NCBI GenBank assembly: GCA_944391325.1 | Contig: CALXTC010000016.1 | Coordinates: 7,303-71,302 of the forward strand | DNA: 64,000 nt | Direction of reading: 5' to 3' | Source of the DNA: an uncultured Candidatus Saccharibacteria bacterium | Lineage (GTDB): Bacteria > Patescibacteriota > Saccharimonadia > Saccharimonadales > Saccharimonadaceae | Part shown: positions 1 through 10,043 of the stretch, one piece after another | Numbering within the stretch: the stretch's first letter is position 1 | How the letters are laid out: each line of letters opens with the position of its first letter | Position numbers and translations under genes: made by a program | The notes under the pieces: model-generated | What the model was told of the DNA's origin: nothing | Database searches by the model: none | The model's input: the letters and a program-made list of their open reading frames with translations, nothing else

Positions 1-118
1 GATTAATGGCTGACTGTGACGTGCCTAGTTCCTCGGCTAGCTGTGATTGGGTTAGGCCGTGATTGATGCGTAATTCGGAAATAAGTTTGCCGATTTTGGT
101 GCGATAATCCTCCGTCAT
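1..118 (-). CDS. 5' part of an XRE-type HTH protein, probably an HTH-MurA fusion (UDP-GlcNAc 1-carboxyvinyltransferase); runs off the window edge
   Basis: Manual translation from ATG at 118 gives MTEDYRTKIGKLISELRINHGLTQSQLAEELGTSQSAIN, a classic HTH_3 pattern resembling the N-terminus of actinobacterial HTH-MurA. TGATATAAT lies 9 nt upstream. Confidence 0.6.
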   Translation of the reverse strand, partial: MTEDYRTKIGKLISELRINHGLTQSQLAEELGTSQSAIN

Positions 119-167
119 GATATAGAAATTATATCATATGTGATATAACCGCAACACAATGAGTTGG

Positions 168-617
168 CTATTCGGCTGATTTGCTAGGTTTGTGTAGTTT
201 TGGCAGCAGAACGACCAGTAGAGTGGTGACAATACTGATAATAACCAAATTGGTGCCAGCACCTAGTCGGGTAAAGTTGTTGATTAGTCCATCTAGGCTA
301 ATGTTGGTTGCAATAATCCACATCGCCACAATTAGTGCCGAGATAGCTGCCCCGACGATAGCGATTGCCCTGGAGCCCAGTACGGCGGCGACCAAGATAA
401 TAACGCCGACAACAAACAGTACGGCTGCCATGGAAATTTGATTTAATAGTGCAATACTAATGGTGACAGAGCCGCCAAAGATAGTTGTAATGGCCTGGGA
501 TAACATAGCGCCAAAGCTGGCGTTAATGGGCATCTGACCGTTTATCCAGGCTAGGCTACCACTGCACAGAACCATCAAACCAGCTACCATTAACACTAGT
601 CGTCGCATTGTTTTCAT
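168..617 (-). CDS. Hypothetical integral membrane protein (~4 TM)
   Basis: Hydrophobic ORF; start refined to ATG 617, which is 6 nt after TGCTATAAT. Confidence 0.75.
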   Translation of the reverse strand: MKTMRRLVLMVAGLMVLCSGSLAWINGQMPINASFGAMLSQAITTIFGGSVTISIALLNQISMAAVLFVVGVIILVAAVLGSRAIAIVGAAISALIVAMWIIATNISLDGLINNFTRLGAGTNLVIISIVTTLLVVLLPKLHKPSKSAE

Positions 618-726
618 ACTGATATTATAGCATGGCATATAGTGCCAAATCTGGCTGCTTTACTTAGAATACGCTATGTGTTAGCATAATTTAGTCTGAA
701 TAAATAATACAAAAAATACTATAAAA

Positions 727-3582
727 ATGCTGGGGATATCTAAGCTGTGTCGGTGGGTAGTGATTAGTGTTGCGGTCATACTATCAGTAGCTGGTTATGC
801 GTCCAATTCACCGATGACGTCAGCAGAGTCAAGCCTGCCCGGCGTGCCAGATGGCGATTATGGTCTTGGCCTAGCCGTTGCTAATTCTGGGCTAAATCTA
901 ATGGTAGCCAATCCGTTTGACGAGCATTATGTTTATGACTGGCAGACGGTGACCGTGAGGTCTAACTACCACATGGGCTATGATTTGTCGTTAATGGCCC
1001 TGGGTGACAATGATCAAATGGCGCTAAGGGGTGGTAATGGTGGAGTAATTAAGCAGACCGTCGGCGGTGGGCTAGCCAACAACTCGTGGGGATTAGCGAC
1101 TGAATATCCAGATAGTGCAGAGTCTGAATTGTGGCATGGTTTGATAAATCAGGGTGTTTTATTGAGCAACGTTGGTGAATATCCGGATGGTGATAATTCT
1201 GGTGATGAATATCGGATCTATTATGGCGTCAATATTAACAGTGGAACTGTGGCGGATACCTATCAAATTAGGTTGCAGTATAACTTGACAGCCAGAGAGC
1301 CAAAGACACCGACAATATTGCGTGTTGAAACGGGACGTTGTGCCATTGGCAGTGATTGTAGCTTGAATATGGTTGGCACTAAGTTAGGGGAAATCAATGA
1401 CATTGGGGTAGATTTTAATCGGGACGGCCAAGTGGTGTCGTCCGAGAAGTGTGCCGATTTAACTATCGACCAAGATAACAATGATCTGGCGATCTGCCAA
1501 TTGCCAGAATATAGTGTGGAATTGGCTGGTCAGGACGATGGTGGCACGTTTGAAATATTATTTACCGATGGTGAACAAACAGTTGATAGTGGTCACCAGC
1601 TCACTTATTACTATCAACCGGAAATTACTGGCGTCGATGCTCCGACAATGATTATTAAACCCAATATGTCAGTGGTAGATATGGCTAGCACTGATACTTC
1701 GTCGTTAATGCTGGCGGATGACGGGACGGTTTATCTGTGGGGTGATACGCCGTTATATGACTTGTCCGGCAATAAAATATTTGACACGACGGATGCACCC
1801 GTTATAGTTAAGGGCTTTCCGGATGTTACGTTGGTTGATCATCTGACGGGTATTGCCGCCAATGGACGGAGTTATCTGGCAACCAGTAATCAGGGGTATA
1901 TCTATGGCTGGGGCGACAATAGTGATTTTCGATTGCCGATTGATGATAATTCTAATTGGGTGTATAAGCCCCAGCAAAGTAGATACTACAATCTAGGGTC
2001 AGACAACCGTCAGTCGCAAATGGCAGTGTTGGGCGATGGCTTTGGTGTATCGGTCGATGCCGTGCGGACTAGAGCTAAGAAAAATATGTCTACCTGGGGA
2101 GTCAACACTAATGGACAACGTGGCGACGAACACACTGATATTGGCAGTAAAGTGGTAAATGATGTTAGTGACGGTAGTTATCCGCTAAATGTCGATAAGG
2201 ATGAAAAGTTCGTTCAAGTAGCGGCTGGGGCGGCTCATGCTATTGCAACAACAAATGCTGGCAGGGTGTTTACCTGGGGTGCATTCGGTGGCAATGACGG
2301 TCGATTGGGCTTTAATACCAACTCAGACGCTGTGCGTCCCCATGACATAACCAAGCCAGATAGTGGTGACGATTATCTCAGTGATCTTTATCATGATGAG
2401 CATAGACGATTTATTCAAGTAGCGGCTGGTGATAATTTCTCGGTTGCCCTAGCGGTTGATGAGATAACTGGCCAAACATTTCTGTATACCTTTGGTGCTA
2501 ACGACTATGGCCAGTTGGGTGTTGGTGGATTAGCTAAGAATGGGGCCAATTTAGTGATGCAGTCTAAGAACTCAACTGAGCGTATTGTCGGCATAACTGC
2601 CAGCGGCAAATCCGTGGCTGCTTGGACTAGTGATGGTCGACTGTATGTTTGGGGTGACAATAATGGTGGGAAATTAGGTATAGCTGGTGGCGAAGTCATT
2701 AATAAGCCAACCCAGATACTAGGCGAGTATCAGATTACGGATGTTGCGCTAGGCCGTACTAACCATGCTGTCACTGCTGATAACCGTATTCTTGCTTGGG
2801 GTGGACAGACCTTGGGTGTTGTGGATATAACTAACCAGTTAACTCATCCAGCCTATTTAATAAAGATTACCGGTAAACATCTAGATAGAGCTGATCTAGG
2901 GGTGGATTTTAATAATAATGGGGTGATAGATAGTGGCGAGAGGCCACTGACCAGAAGTTGCACTGCTAATGGATGCTACCTGTTGGTCTCAACGGCTAGT
3001 ATGACTAATCCTGGTAATTACCAGGTTATAGCCACCACTGCCTATGGTGGTAGGGCAGAGTGGAATGGCGTCAAGGGTCAAATCGATAATGGGCGACATA
3101 TTGTGTCGAAACGAGTAGATGTCCCATTAATATCAATCATAGACGATGAGATTGTCAGCGATGAGGGTGACGTCAATGACGCGCAGACATCAGATGAAAA
3201 CCCGGATGATACTATCGACAAAGTCAATAACATAGAGAATGCTTCAACCAAGAGCGATGCTCAAGATGATGGCGAAAGTGATGTCGATAATACTACCGAT
3301 GGTGATGATGTAGCAATAACGGATGATAACGAAAACGCCGCTAAAGATGATAGCCAGCCAGATAATTCTAGTGACGCTAACGGGGTTAGCGACGTTAGTT
3401 CCGACGCCAATGAAAGCTCGGATAGCATTGAAAACAGTGCTGATTTAGGTGGCGTCGTTAGTCGACCCGATAGCCCGTCTATACAACCCGTCAATGGCCA
3501 AATTGAAAGTGTTTTCGATGGTGCCGGTGGCGTCAATGTCGATAACCAATCCCAGCTCAGTATACTTATCAATGACGGGTAA
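727..3582 (+). CDS. Secreted RCC1-repeat (beta-propeller) surface protein with Ig/TIG-like segments and an acidic low-complexity tail
   Basis: Signal peptide; repeated (V/A)AAGxxH/F...GxVYxWGxNxxGQLG motifs; D/N/S-rich C-terminus. Confidence 0.8.
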   Translation: MLGISKLCRWVVISVAVILSVAGYASNSPMTSAESSLPGVPDGDYGLGLAVANSGLNLMVANPFDEHYVYDWQTVTVRSNYHMGYDLSLMALGDNDQMALRGGNGGVIKQTVGGGLANNSWGLATEYPDSAESELWHGLINQGVLLSNVGEYPDGDNSGDEYRIYYGVNINSGTVADTYQIRLQYNLTAREPKTPTILRVETGRCAIGSDCSLNMVGTKLGEINDIGVDFNRDGQVVSSEKCADLTIDQDNNDLAICQLPEYSVELAGQDDGGTFEILFTDGEQTVDSGHQLTYYYQPEITGVDAPTMIIKPNMSVVDMASTDTSSLMLADDGTVYLWGDTPLYDLSGNKIFDTTDAPVIVKGFPDVTLVDHLTGIAANGRSYLATSNQGYIYGWGDNSDFRLPIDDNSNWVYKPQQSRYYNLGSDNRQSQMAVLGDGFGVSVDAVRTRAKKNMSTWGVNTNGQRGDEHTDIGSKVVNDVSDGSYPLNVDKDEKFVQVAAGAAHAIATTNAGRVFTWGAFGGNDGRLGFNTNSDAVRPHDITKPDSGDDYLSDLYHDEHRRFIQVAAGDNFSVALAVDEITGQTFLYTFGANDYGQLGVGGLAKNGANLVMQSKNSTERIVGITASGKSVAAWTSDGRLYVWGDNNGGKLGIAGGEVINKPTQILGEYQITDVALGRTNHAVTADNRILAWGGQTLGVVDITNQLTHPAYLIKITGKHLDRADLGVDFNNNGVIDSGERPLTRSCTANGCYLLVSTASMTNPGNYQVIATTAYGGRAEWNGVKGQIDNGRHIVSKRVDVPLISIIDDEIVSDEGDVNDAQTSDENPDDTIDKVNNIENASTKSDAQDDGESDVDNTTDGDDVAITDDNENAAKDDSQPDNSSDANGVSDVSSDANESSDSIENSADLGGVVSRPDSPSIQPVNGQIESVFDGAGGVNVDNQSQLSILINDG

Positions 3583-4095
3583 AGTCTTTTCCTGGAATTC
3601 ATCTAGGCGTCGTTGAACATGCTGACGATCCTGGTCGTCAGCTCGTCCACCATTACGGGTGTGCTTGACGATTTCCCAGCGCCGCCAAATTTCCTCGTCG
3701 GGGATATGTAGTACAATTACGGCTTTGGTAGGGTGGCCACCCTCATTCAGCGCCTCCATAACTGGTTCTTCCTCGCCAATCCAGCGACCAACTGACCCCA
3801 ATACTAAAGGCTTGCCAGTTAGACGCTCATCCTTGAGATGGGGCACAATCAGGGCGCGAAATTCATCGGTTGGCGTTAAGATGCCAGTTTGGCTATCAAT
3901 AGCGGCCTGCCGTAATCGCTGGTCGTGTTCACTGTTAGCCGCCGCCCTAATCAGGTCGCCACTGCTAATAAATACGGCGCCTAGTTTTTTAGCTAGCGGT
4001 ACGGCCAGGGTATCCTTGCCTGAGAACTGAATGCCAAAAATGTTGATAGTGCCACTACCAAGCCAATTTTTAATCGCAATAATCTTGTCGTCCAT
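3445..4095 (-). CDS. adk: Adenylate kinase family (short-LID) nucleoside monophosphate kinase
   Basis: P-loop GIQFSGKDT, ISSGDLIR, RADD, RRLDEF...TLPVID. Start refined to ATG 4095, 6 nt after TATAAT. Confidence 0.8.
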   Translation of the reverse strand: MDDKIIAIKNWLGSGTINIFGIQFSGKDTLAVPLAKKLGAVFISSGDLIRAAANSEHDQRLRQAAIDSQTGILTPTDEFRALIVPHLKDERLTGKPLVLGSVGRWIGEEEPVMEALNEGGHPTKAVIVLHIPDEEIWRRWEIVKHTRNGGRADDQDRQHVQRRLDEFQEKTLPVIDKYTELGLVIDIDATGTIENTFNLAIDGLYRRAIGSTNDAT

Positions 4096-4153
4096 AGATA
4101 GATTATACACGACAAGGTGTGCGAGTAGTGGCGGGGGCGAGGACTACTATTAT

Positions 4154-6181
4154 TTATTGGGCGAATTGAGAGTTGTAAAGGTTGGCGTAAAAACCGTTTT
4201 GCTTCATTAACGATTTGTGATTACCAGATTCGATAATATCGCCGTGGTTAAGCACTAGGATTAAGTCGGCATTGCGAATCGTGCTTAGGCGATGGGCAAT
4301 GATGAACGAGGTGCGACCCTCCATTAGTTTATCCATGGCGTCCTGAATTAATGTCTCGGTACGCGTATCGACATTACTGGTAGCCTCGTCTAGAATCAGG
4401 ATGGGGGCGTTGGCGAGCATTGCCCTGGCGATAGTCAGAAGCTGCTTTTCGCCGGCTGAAACGTTATTAGCGTTTTCGTCTAGCATTGTGTTGTAGCCCT
4501 GCGGCAAGGCCTGAATAACATGGTCGGCCCTAGCGGCCTTAACGGCAGCCCTTAACTCACTCTCGCTGGCGTCAGGCTTGCCATATAATAGATTTTCCTT
4601 AACGGTGCCACTAAACAACCAAGTGTCCTGCAATACCATACCAAAGTTTTTGCGAACGTTATGGCGAGAAACTTTGGTTGTATCTATGCCGTCGAGCTTA
4701 ATTGAACCGCTGTCAGGATCGTAAAAACGCATTAGCAGGTTAATCATGGTCGTCTTGCCTGCGCCAGTCGGGCCAACGATGGCGATTTTTTGCCCTGGTT
4801 GGACATTGGCGCTAAAGTCGTGAATAATCGTGCGATCCTCGTCATAGCCGAATTTAATATGATCGAACGTCACTTGACCAGTCACATTGTCTAAGATTTC
4901 GCCCTCCCCCTCCCAAGTAATCTCTTCGTCGGGCTGTTCCAAAAACTCAAAGACGCGTTCAGCAGCCGCAACTGTCGATTGAATGACACTGGAAATGTTG
5001 GCGATTTGCATAACTGGCTGGTTAAACTGTTGGATATATTGAATAAAGGCCTGCACATCGCCAACCTGAATATAGCCCTTTAGTACTAGGCTACCGCCTA
5101 GGACGGTTGTGGCAACGTAGCCCAGGTTACCAATAAAGTGCATCGTCGGAAAGATTAAGCCACTAATAAACTGCGACTTCCAGGCTGATTGATATAGACC
5201 ATTATTATATCGGGCAAAGCGATCGGTGACTTTTCGTTCGCTACCGAAAATTTTAACTATGCTATGGCCAGCATAGACTTCCTCGATATGACCATTCAGG
5301 CGACCTAAGACATCTTGCTGTTGCTTGAAGTACTTTTGGCTGTGTTTGACTATCTGACTAATGGCTATAGCACTGAGTGGAATGGTTACCAACACAATGG
5401 CGGTCATTGTTAGGCTGATAGAGATCATCATCGCCAAGATACCAATGATTGTGGCAACACAATAAACAACCTGTGAAATAACCTGGGATAGGTTTTGTGA
5501 AACCATATCGACGTCATTGGTGATACGAGATAGCACATCGCCAAAGGGATGGCTGTCGAAATAACGTAGGGGCATCCGGTTAATCTTTTGACTAATATCA
5601 CGTCGGAAGCGATAGGCAACTCGCTGGGTGATGTTGGTGACGATCCACGATTCGATGTAATTAAACAGGGCGCTCATAACGTAAATGGCAATTAGCCACA
5701 GGGCGATTTTGGCGATTACATCAAAGTTGATGCTAGGTCGCTTAGCTAGATCTAGGTTCATTAACTTGTCGCGCTGGCTATCAGTTAGTGAGTCCAATTG
5801 CTGGTTAGCCTCGGTGAACTGGCTGACCTGACCTGATTTGGTTGCCATTTCAACTAGGTCGCTAACGGTAGTTCCATCTGGCAGACTTACTCCATCGGGC
5901 AGTTGCTCATGAATGCCGTCCCAGACCTTCATGGCCATGTAGTCGTCGGTGATTTGGTTGGTGATATTACCCAATAGCTTGGGGCTGATAATTGATAACA
6001 CAACGCTGGCGATTACAAAAACAACGATAGCGATAATCTGTAGGTAAAACTCCTTTAATGTGGCGATTAGTTTGCGCATTGTCCCGCCAAAGTCCTTAGC
6101 CTTTTCGATTGGTCTAGTGACAGCAGGGCCGTGTCCACCAGCTGGAGCAGCCTTGGCGGCCTTCTCGTTTTTATTTGGCAT
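4154..6181 (-). CDS. ABC exporter half-transporter (TMD+NBD), TM288-like subunit of a heterodimer
   Basis: GPTGAGKT, ILDEATS, IAHRLST, degenerate signature VSAGEKQ. Confidence 0.92.
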   Translation of the reverse strand: MPNKNEKAAKAAPAGGHGPAVTRPIEKAKDFGGTMRKLIATLKEFYLQIIAIVVFVIASVVLSIISPKLLGNITNQITDDYMAMKVWDGIHEQLPDGVSLPDGTTVSDLVEMATKSGQVSQFTEANQQLDSLTDSQRDKLMNLDLAKRPSINFDVIAKIALWLIAIYVMSALFNYIESWIVTNITQRVAYRFRRDISQKINRMPLRYFDSHPFGDVLSRITNDVDMVSQNLSQVISQVVYCVATIIGILAMMISISLTMTAIVLVTIPLSAIAISQIVKHSQKYFKQQQDVLGRLNGHIEEVYAGHSIVKIFGSERKVTDRFARYNNGLYQSAWKSQFISGLIFPTMHFIGNLGYVATTVLGGSLVLKGYIQVGDVQAFIQYIQQFNQPVMQIANISSVIQSTVAAAERVFEFLEQPDEEITWEGEGEILDNVTGQVTFDHIKFGYDEDRTIIHDFSANVQPGQKIAIVGPTGAGKTTMINLLMRFYDPDSGSIKLDGIDTTKVSRHNVRKNFGMVLQDTWLFSGTVKENLLYGKPDASESELRAAVKAARADHVIQALPQGYNTMLDENANNVSAGEKQLLTIARAMLANAPILILDEATSNVDTRTETLIQDAMDKLMEGRTSFIIAHRLSTIRNADLILVLNHGDIIESGNHKSLMKQNGFYANLYNSQFAQ

Positions 6182-7928
6182 TCTTTGCCTCCTTTAACTC
6201 TTTCTTCATTTCTTCTTCGCTGAACTGTGAACTGGCAATCTCTCGATAAACATCGCAGCTATTCAATAACTGTTCGTGTGTGCCGACACCGACGACCGCC
6301 CCGTCATCTAGAACAATGATTTGATTGGCGTGTCGAATGGTAGAAATGCGCTGGGCAACTATTAGAATAGTTTTGTCCTTTTCTTTTTCTGCCAGTTCTT
6401 TGCGCAGGGCGGCATCGGTCTTGTAGTCAAGGGCGCTAAAACTATCGTCAAAGACCAGAATATCTGGGTCTTTGGCTAGGGCGCGGGCAATTGACAGGCG
6501 CTGTTTTTGACCGCCACTGACGTTGCTACCACCCTGGGCAATATGAGCGTGATAACCACCCTCAAGATCTTTGATAAAATCAGCCTGGGCCGTGGCGGCT
6601 GCGTCATGCATGGCTTGGTCTGAAATTTTAGAACTAGCATACTTGATATTGCTCTCAACGGTTCCGCTAAACAGAATGCCTTTTTGGGGGACAAAACCCA
6701 GGGCGTTAACGATGTCTCGGTGGCTCAGTTTACGCACATCGCGACCACTGATTAGAACTTGTCCAGAGGTGACGTCGTAGAGTCGGGGAATTAGATTGAC
6801 AAGGGTCGATTTGCCACTACCGGTCGAGCCAATAAAGGCAGTGACCTCCCCAGGTTTGGCAATAAAGTTGATGTCGTTTAGAACGGGTGATTCAGCCCCG
6901 GGATAGGTGAAGGTGACGTGTCGAAATTCCACGATGCCACGCTGGTCGGGGTCGATGGCCTCGGGATGAGCCGGCTCTTTAATGGAGACCTCGGTATCAA
7001 GAATTTCGTTGACACGGTTAATCGAGACCTGGGCGCGTGGCAGCATAACCATAATCATAATTAACATTAGGAAACTAGTAATGACCTGTAGGGCATACTG
7101 CATAAAGGCCATCATGCTGCCAACTTCCAAATTGCCGTCCACTACCAAATGGGCACCAATCCAGATAATGCCCAGCATGGTAAAGCTGATAATTAGTGTC
7201 ATGCCGGGTTGCATTAGACTGATGACACGGTTGACCCAGACGCCCAGTTTGCTGATGCTGCGGTTGACTTTGTTGAACTTGCGCTCCTCAATTGCTTCGT
7301 TATTAAAGGCACGAATCACCCGTAGTCCAGTTAGATTCTCGCGAGCGACTAGGTTTAACTGGTCGATTAACTTCTGTTGAATTTTAAATTTAGGAATAAC
7401 CAAACAAAAGATGGATGTCACTAAAATTAACAGTACACCAGCGGCTAGAGCCATAATCCAGGCCATATTAGGGGCGGTTCGTAGGGCGCTAAAGACTGCT
7501 CCAATAGCCATTAGTGGGGCTTGTACGGCGATGCGCAAAACCATAAAGGCGACCTGCTGGATTTGCTGAATGTCGTTGGTAGAACGAGTAATCAGGCTTG
7601 CTGTCGAAAATTTGTTGATTTCGTTTAGCGAGAAGCTCTCAATTTTTTCAAAGGTGGCTAAGCGTAATTTGCGGGCGAAGCCGGTAGCAATGCGACTAGC
7701 CAGAAACCCGGTGACGATTGCGGCTGTAGCGGCAACGGCGGCAACCAATAACATACGCAACCCCGTACTGATGATGTAGGCCTGGTCGTTGTTCAAGATC
7801 CCCTTATTAACGATATTGGACATTAGCGTCGGTAGCTGCAGTGACCCCCATACGTTGGCATAGGTGAAAATTATAACTAGAATAATTTGCCACCAGTAGG
7901 GTGCCAGATACTTGAAAACTTTTCGCAT
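6171..7928 (-). CDS. ABC exporter half-transporter, TM287-like degenerate subunit
   Basis: GSTGSGKS, VSGGQKQR, Walker B FDDS (E to D) and switch VAQR (H to Q); overlaps its partner gene. Confidence 0.92.
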   Translation of the reverse strand: MRKVFKYLAPYWWQIILVIIFTYANVWGSLQLPTLMSNIVNKGILNNDQAYIISTGLRMLLVAAVAATAAIVTGFLASRIATGFARKLRLATFEKIESFSLNEINKFSTASLITRSTNDIQQIQQVAFMVLRIAVQAPLMAIGAVFSALRTAPNMAWIMALAAGVLLILVTSIFCLVIPKFKIQQKLIDQLNLVARENLTGLRVIRAFNNEAIEERKFNKVNRSISKLGVWVNRVISLMQPGMTLIISFTMLGIIWIGAHLVVDGNLEVGSMMAFMQYALQVITSFLMLIMIMVMLPRAQVSINRVNEILDTEVSIKEPAHPEAIDPDQRGIVEFRHVTFTYPGAESPVLNDINFIAKPGEVTAFIGSTGSGKSTLVNLIPRLYDVTSGQVLISGRDVRKLSHRDIVNALGFVPQKGILFSGTVESNIKYASSKISDQAMHDAAATAQADFIKDLEGGYHAHIAQGGSNVSGGQKQRLSIARALAKDPDILVFDDSFSALDYKTDAALRKELAEKEKDKTILIVAQRISTIRHANQIIVLDDGAVVGVGTHEQLLNSCDVYREIASSQFSEEEMKKELKEAKNAK

Positions 7929-8094
7929 ATAGAAACCCCTTCTGTTAATTACTAATATTTCTAATCCTTGTGTGCAAAATAAATCGGACTGGTTTATCCA
8001 GTCGGCGACGACCTATTTGTGCTACTTAATCAACTTTCTATTTTATAACAAAAATCATGAAGTTGCCTGAATGAGTGTAGCACGTATAACAACG

Positions 8095-9996
8095 TTATTT
8101 GTTGGCCCTGAGTGCATTTAGCATCGTCAAGACATCAATCGCTTCTTGCAGAAAAGCGCCTGCAATGGCTGGGATAAAGCCAAATAGGGCTACGACCTCT
8201 AGGCTTAGGCAGATGATAATGCCTGCGACGACGGATTGTTTGGCAATAGTCATAGTGCGTTTAGAGATGAATCTTAGTTCGGCGATACGGCTGATGTAAC
8301 TACTGGTGATGATAGCATCGGCAGTCTCCCCAGCAACAGTGGATCCCATAACGCCCATTGCGACACCAACATTAGCCGTAGCTAGAACTGGTGCATCATT
8401 AATGCCGTCGCCGACCATGGCGACGCGTCGACCGTTTTGTCGATAGTTATCGATAATTTTAACCTTGTCGGTCGGAGACAATTGGCTATAAATTTTATCA
8501 ATGCCAACAGCATGGCCAATTCTTTCGGCAGTTTGTTGGCGGTCGCCAGTCAGCATAATGACGTCGTGTACGCCTAGGTGTCGAAGACGACTGATGGCTG
8601 ATTTGGACCCACGGCGAACGGTGTCAGTAAAATAAATTGCCCCAATGTATTTACCGTTGACTGCAACCAAAACTGATGTCTGATTGTGCAGGTTGGTTGG
8701 AATGCCGGTTATTTTATTGCTCTCCAAAAAGGCTTGGTTACCAGCGACAATACGGCGATGGTCAATTGTAGCAAAAACGCCCCCGCCAGTGGACTCGCGA
8801 ATGCTATGGGCGGGAGCGGGTCTGATATTGTGCGTATTCGCATAATTAATGACGCTACTAGCTAGAATGTGGGTGCTGTTAGCCTCGACAGCGGCAACTA
8901 TGGCAACAATCATTTGTGGTGTATAGCCACGAGTGCTATCGATATGGTCAATCTGAACGCGATCGGTGGTGATGGTGCCGGTTTTATCAAAGGCAAAAAC
9001 ATCGGCTCTGGCGATTTGTTCTAATGTGTCGCCACCTTTGACGATGATCCCGCGCTTGGAGCAACGGCTCATCCCGGAGACAAAGGCGATCGGTGCTGCT
9101 AGGATAAGCGGGCAGGGAGAGGCAACTACTAATACCTCGGCAAAGCGATTAAAGTCGTTTGACATATACCATGCCAGGCTGGCTATGATCAAAGATGCGA
9201 TGGTAAATGGCACAGCGTAACGATTAGCCAGGTTGACAAAATGTGATGGTCGAGCCTCGGCCTCCTCGACTAAGTGGATGATTTGGCTGTAGTAGGAATT
9301 TGCGGCTGTACTGGTGGCGGTGATGTAGATTTTGTTTGTTTGGCATATTGTTCCAGAAATAATTTTGTCGCCAGTCGATTTATCAACAGGCATCGACTCA
9401 CCAGTTAGGGAACTTTCGTCTATGGTGGCGTGGCTGGAAGTCAATACGCCATCAACCGGAATTACCTCATTCTCTTTGACTAGTAATCGGTCGCCTAGTT
9501 TGATTTTTGCCAGGGGAACGTTACTGATTGTGTCGTCTATAACCAGGTGGGCTGACTGAGGGCGTCGTTTGATTAGTGCTGATAGTTCGTGTCGAGCACG
9601 GCGATCAGCTAATTTTTCTAGCGTCTCACCACTGCTAAGCATCAGAATGATGATATAGGCTGCCCAAAATTCCTGAGTGATTAAACAGGCCGCGATGGCA
9701 ACAATGGCCAGAATGTCGATACCAAAGTTGCCCTGACGTAGACCACGAACCATTTCGCGAGTCTTTATCATGGTGACGAGAATCGCTAGCCAAGCAATTA
9801 AAATAATAGTTATTGGTGCAACAAAATCTCTCACGGGGCATGTGACTATTGGCACTAGTGTATTCAACCCCTTTGGGGTGGGGACGCGAAAACAGGCGTT
9901 GCCAAACAGTTGCAGGGCTAGGCCGACTATGCCAACACTGATAGTCGTCCATAAAAGCCAATAGTTTTTGAGTGTTTGTTTAATTTTGTTCGCCAC
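8095..9996 (-). CDS. Heavy-metal P1B-type ATPase (P1B-5-like, no hemerythrin domain)
   Basis: LTGES, SPCPL, DKTGT, GDGINDAP and C-terminal QxxxxG / QExxD motifs. Confidence 0.9.
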   Translation of the reverse strand: MANKIKQTLKNYWLLWTTISVGIVGLALQLFGNACFRVPTPKGLNTLVPIVTCPVRDFVAPITIILIAWLAILVTMIKTREMVRGLRQGNFGIDILAIVAIAACLITQEFWAAYIIILMLSSGETLEKLADRRARHELSALIKRRPQSAHLVIDDTISNVPLAKIKLGDRLLVKENEVIPVDGVLTSSHATIDESSLTGESMPVDKSTGDKIISGTICQTNKIYITATSTAANSYYSQIIHLVEEAEARPSHFVNLANRYAVPFTIASLIIASLAWYMSNDFNRFAEVLVVASPCPLILAAPIAFVSGMSRCSKRGIIVKGGDTLEQIARADVFAFDKTGTITTDRVQIDHIDSTRGYTPQMIVAIVAAVEANSTHILASSVINYANTHNIRPAPAHSIRESTGGGVFATIDHRRIVAGNQAFLESNKITGIPTNLHNQTSVLVAVNGKYIGAIYFTDTVRRGSKSAISRLRHLGVHDVIMLTGDRQQTAERIGHAVGIDKIYSQLSPTDKVKIIDNYRQNGRRVAMVGDGINDAPVLATANVGVAMGVMGSTVAGETADAIITSSYISRIAELRFISKRTMTIAKQSVVAGIIICLSLEVVALFGFIPAIAGAFLQEAIDVLTMLNALRANK

Positions 9997-10043
9997 TACA
10001 TAATTTTACCATATGAATAGATGATCTTTGATATACTTGGGGC

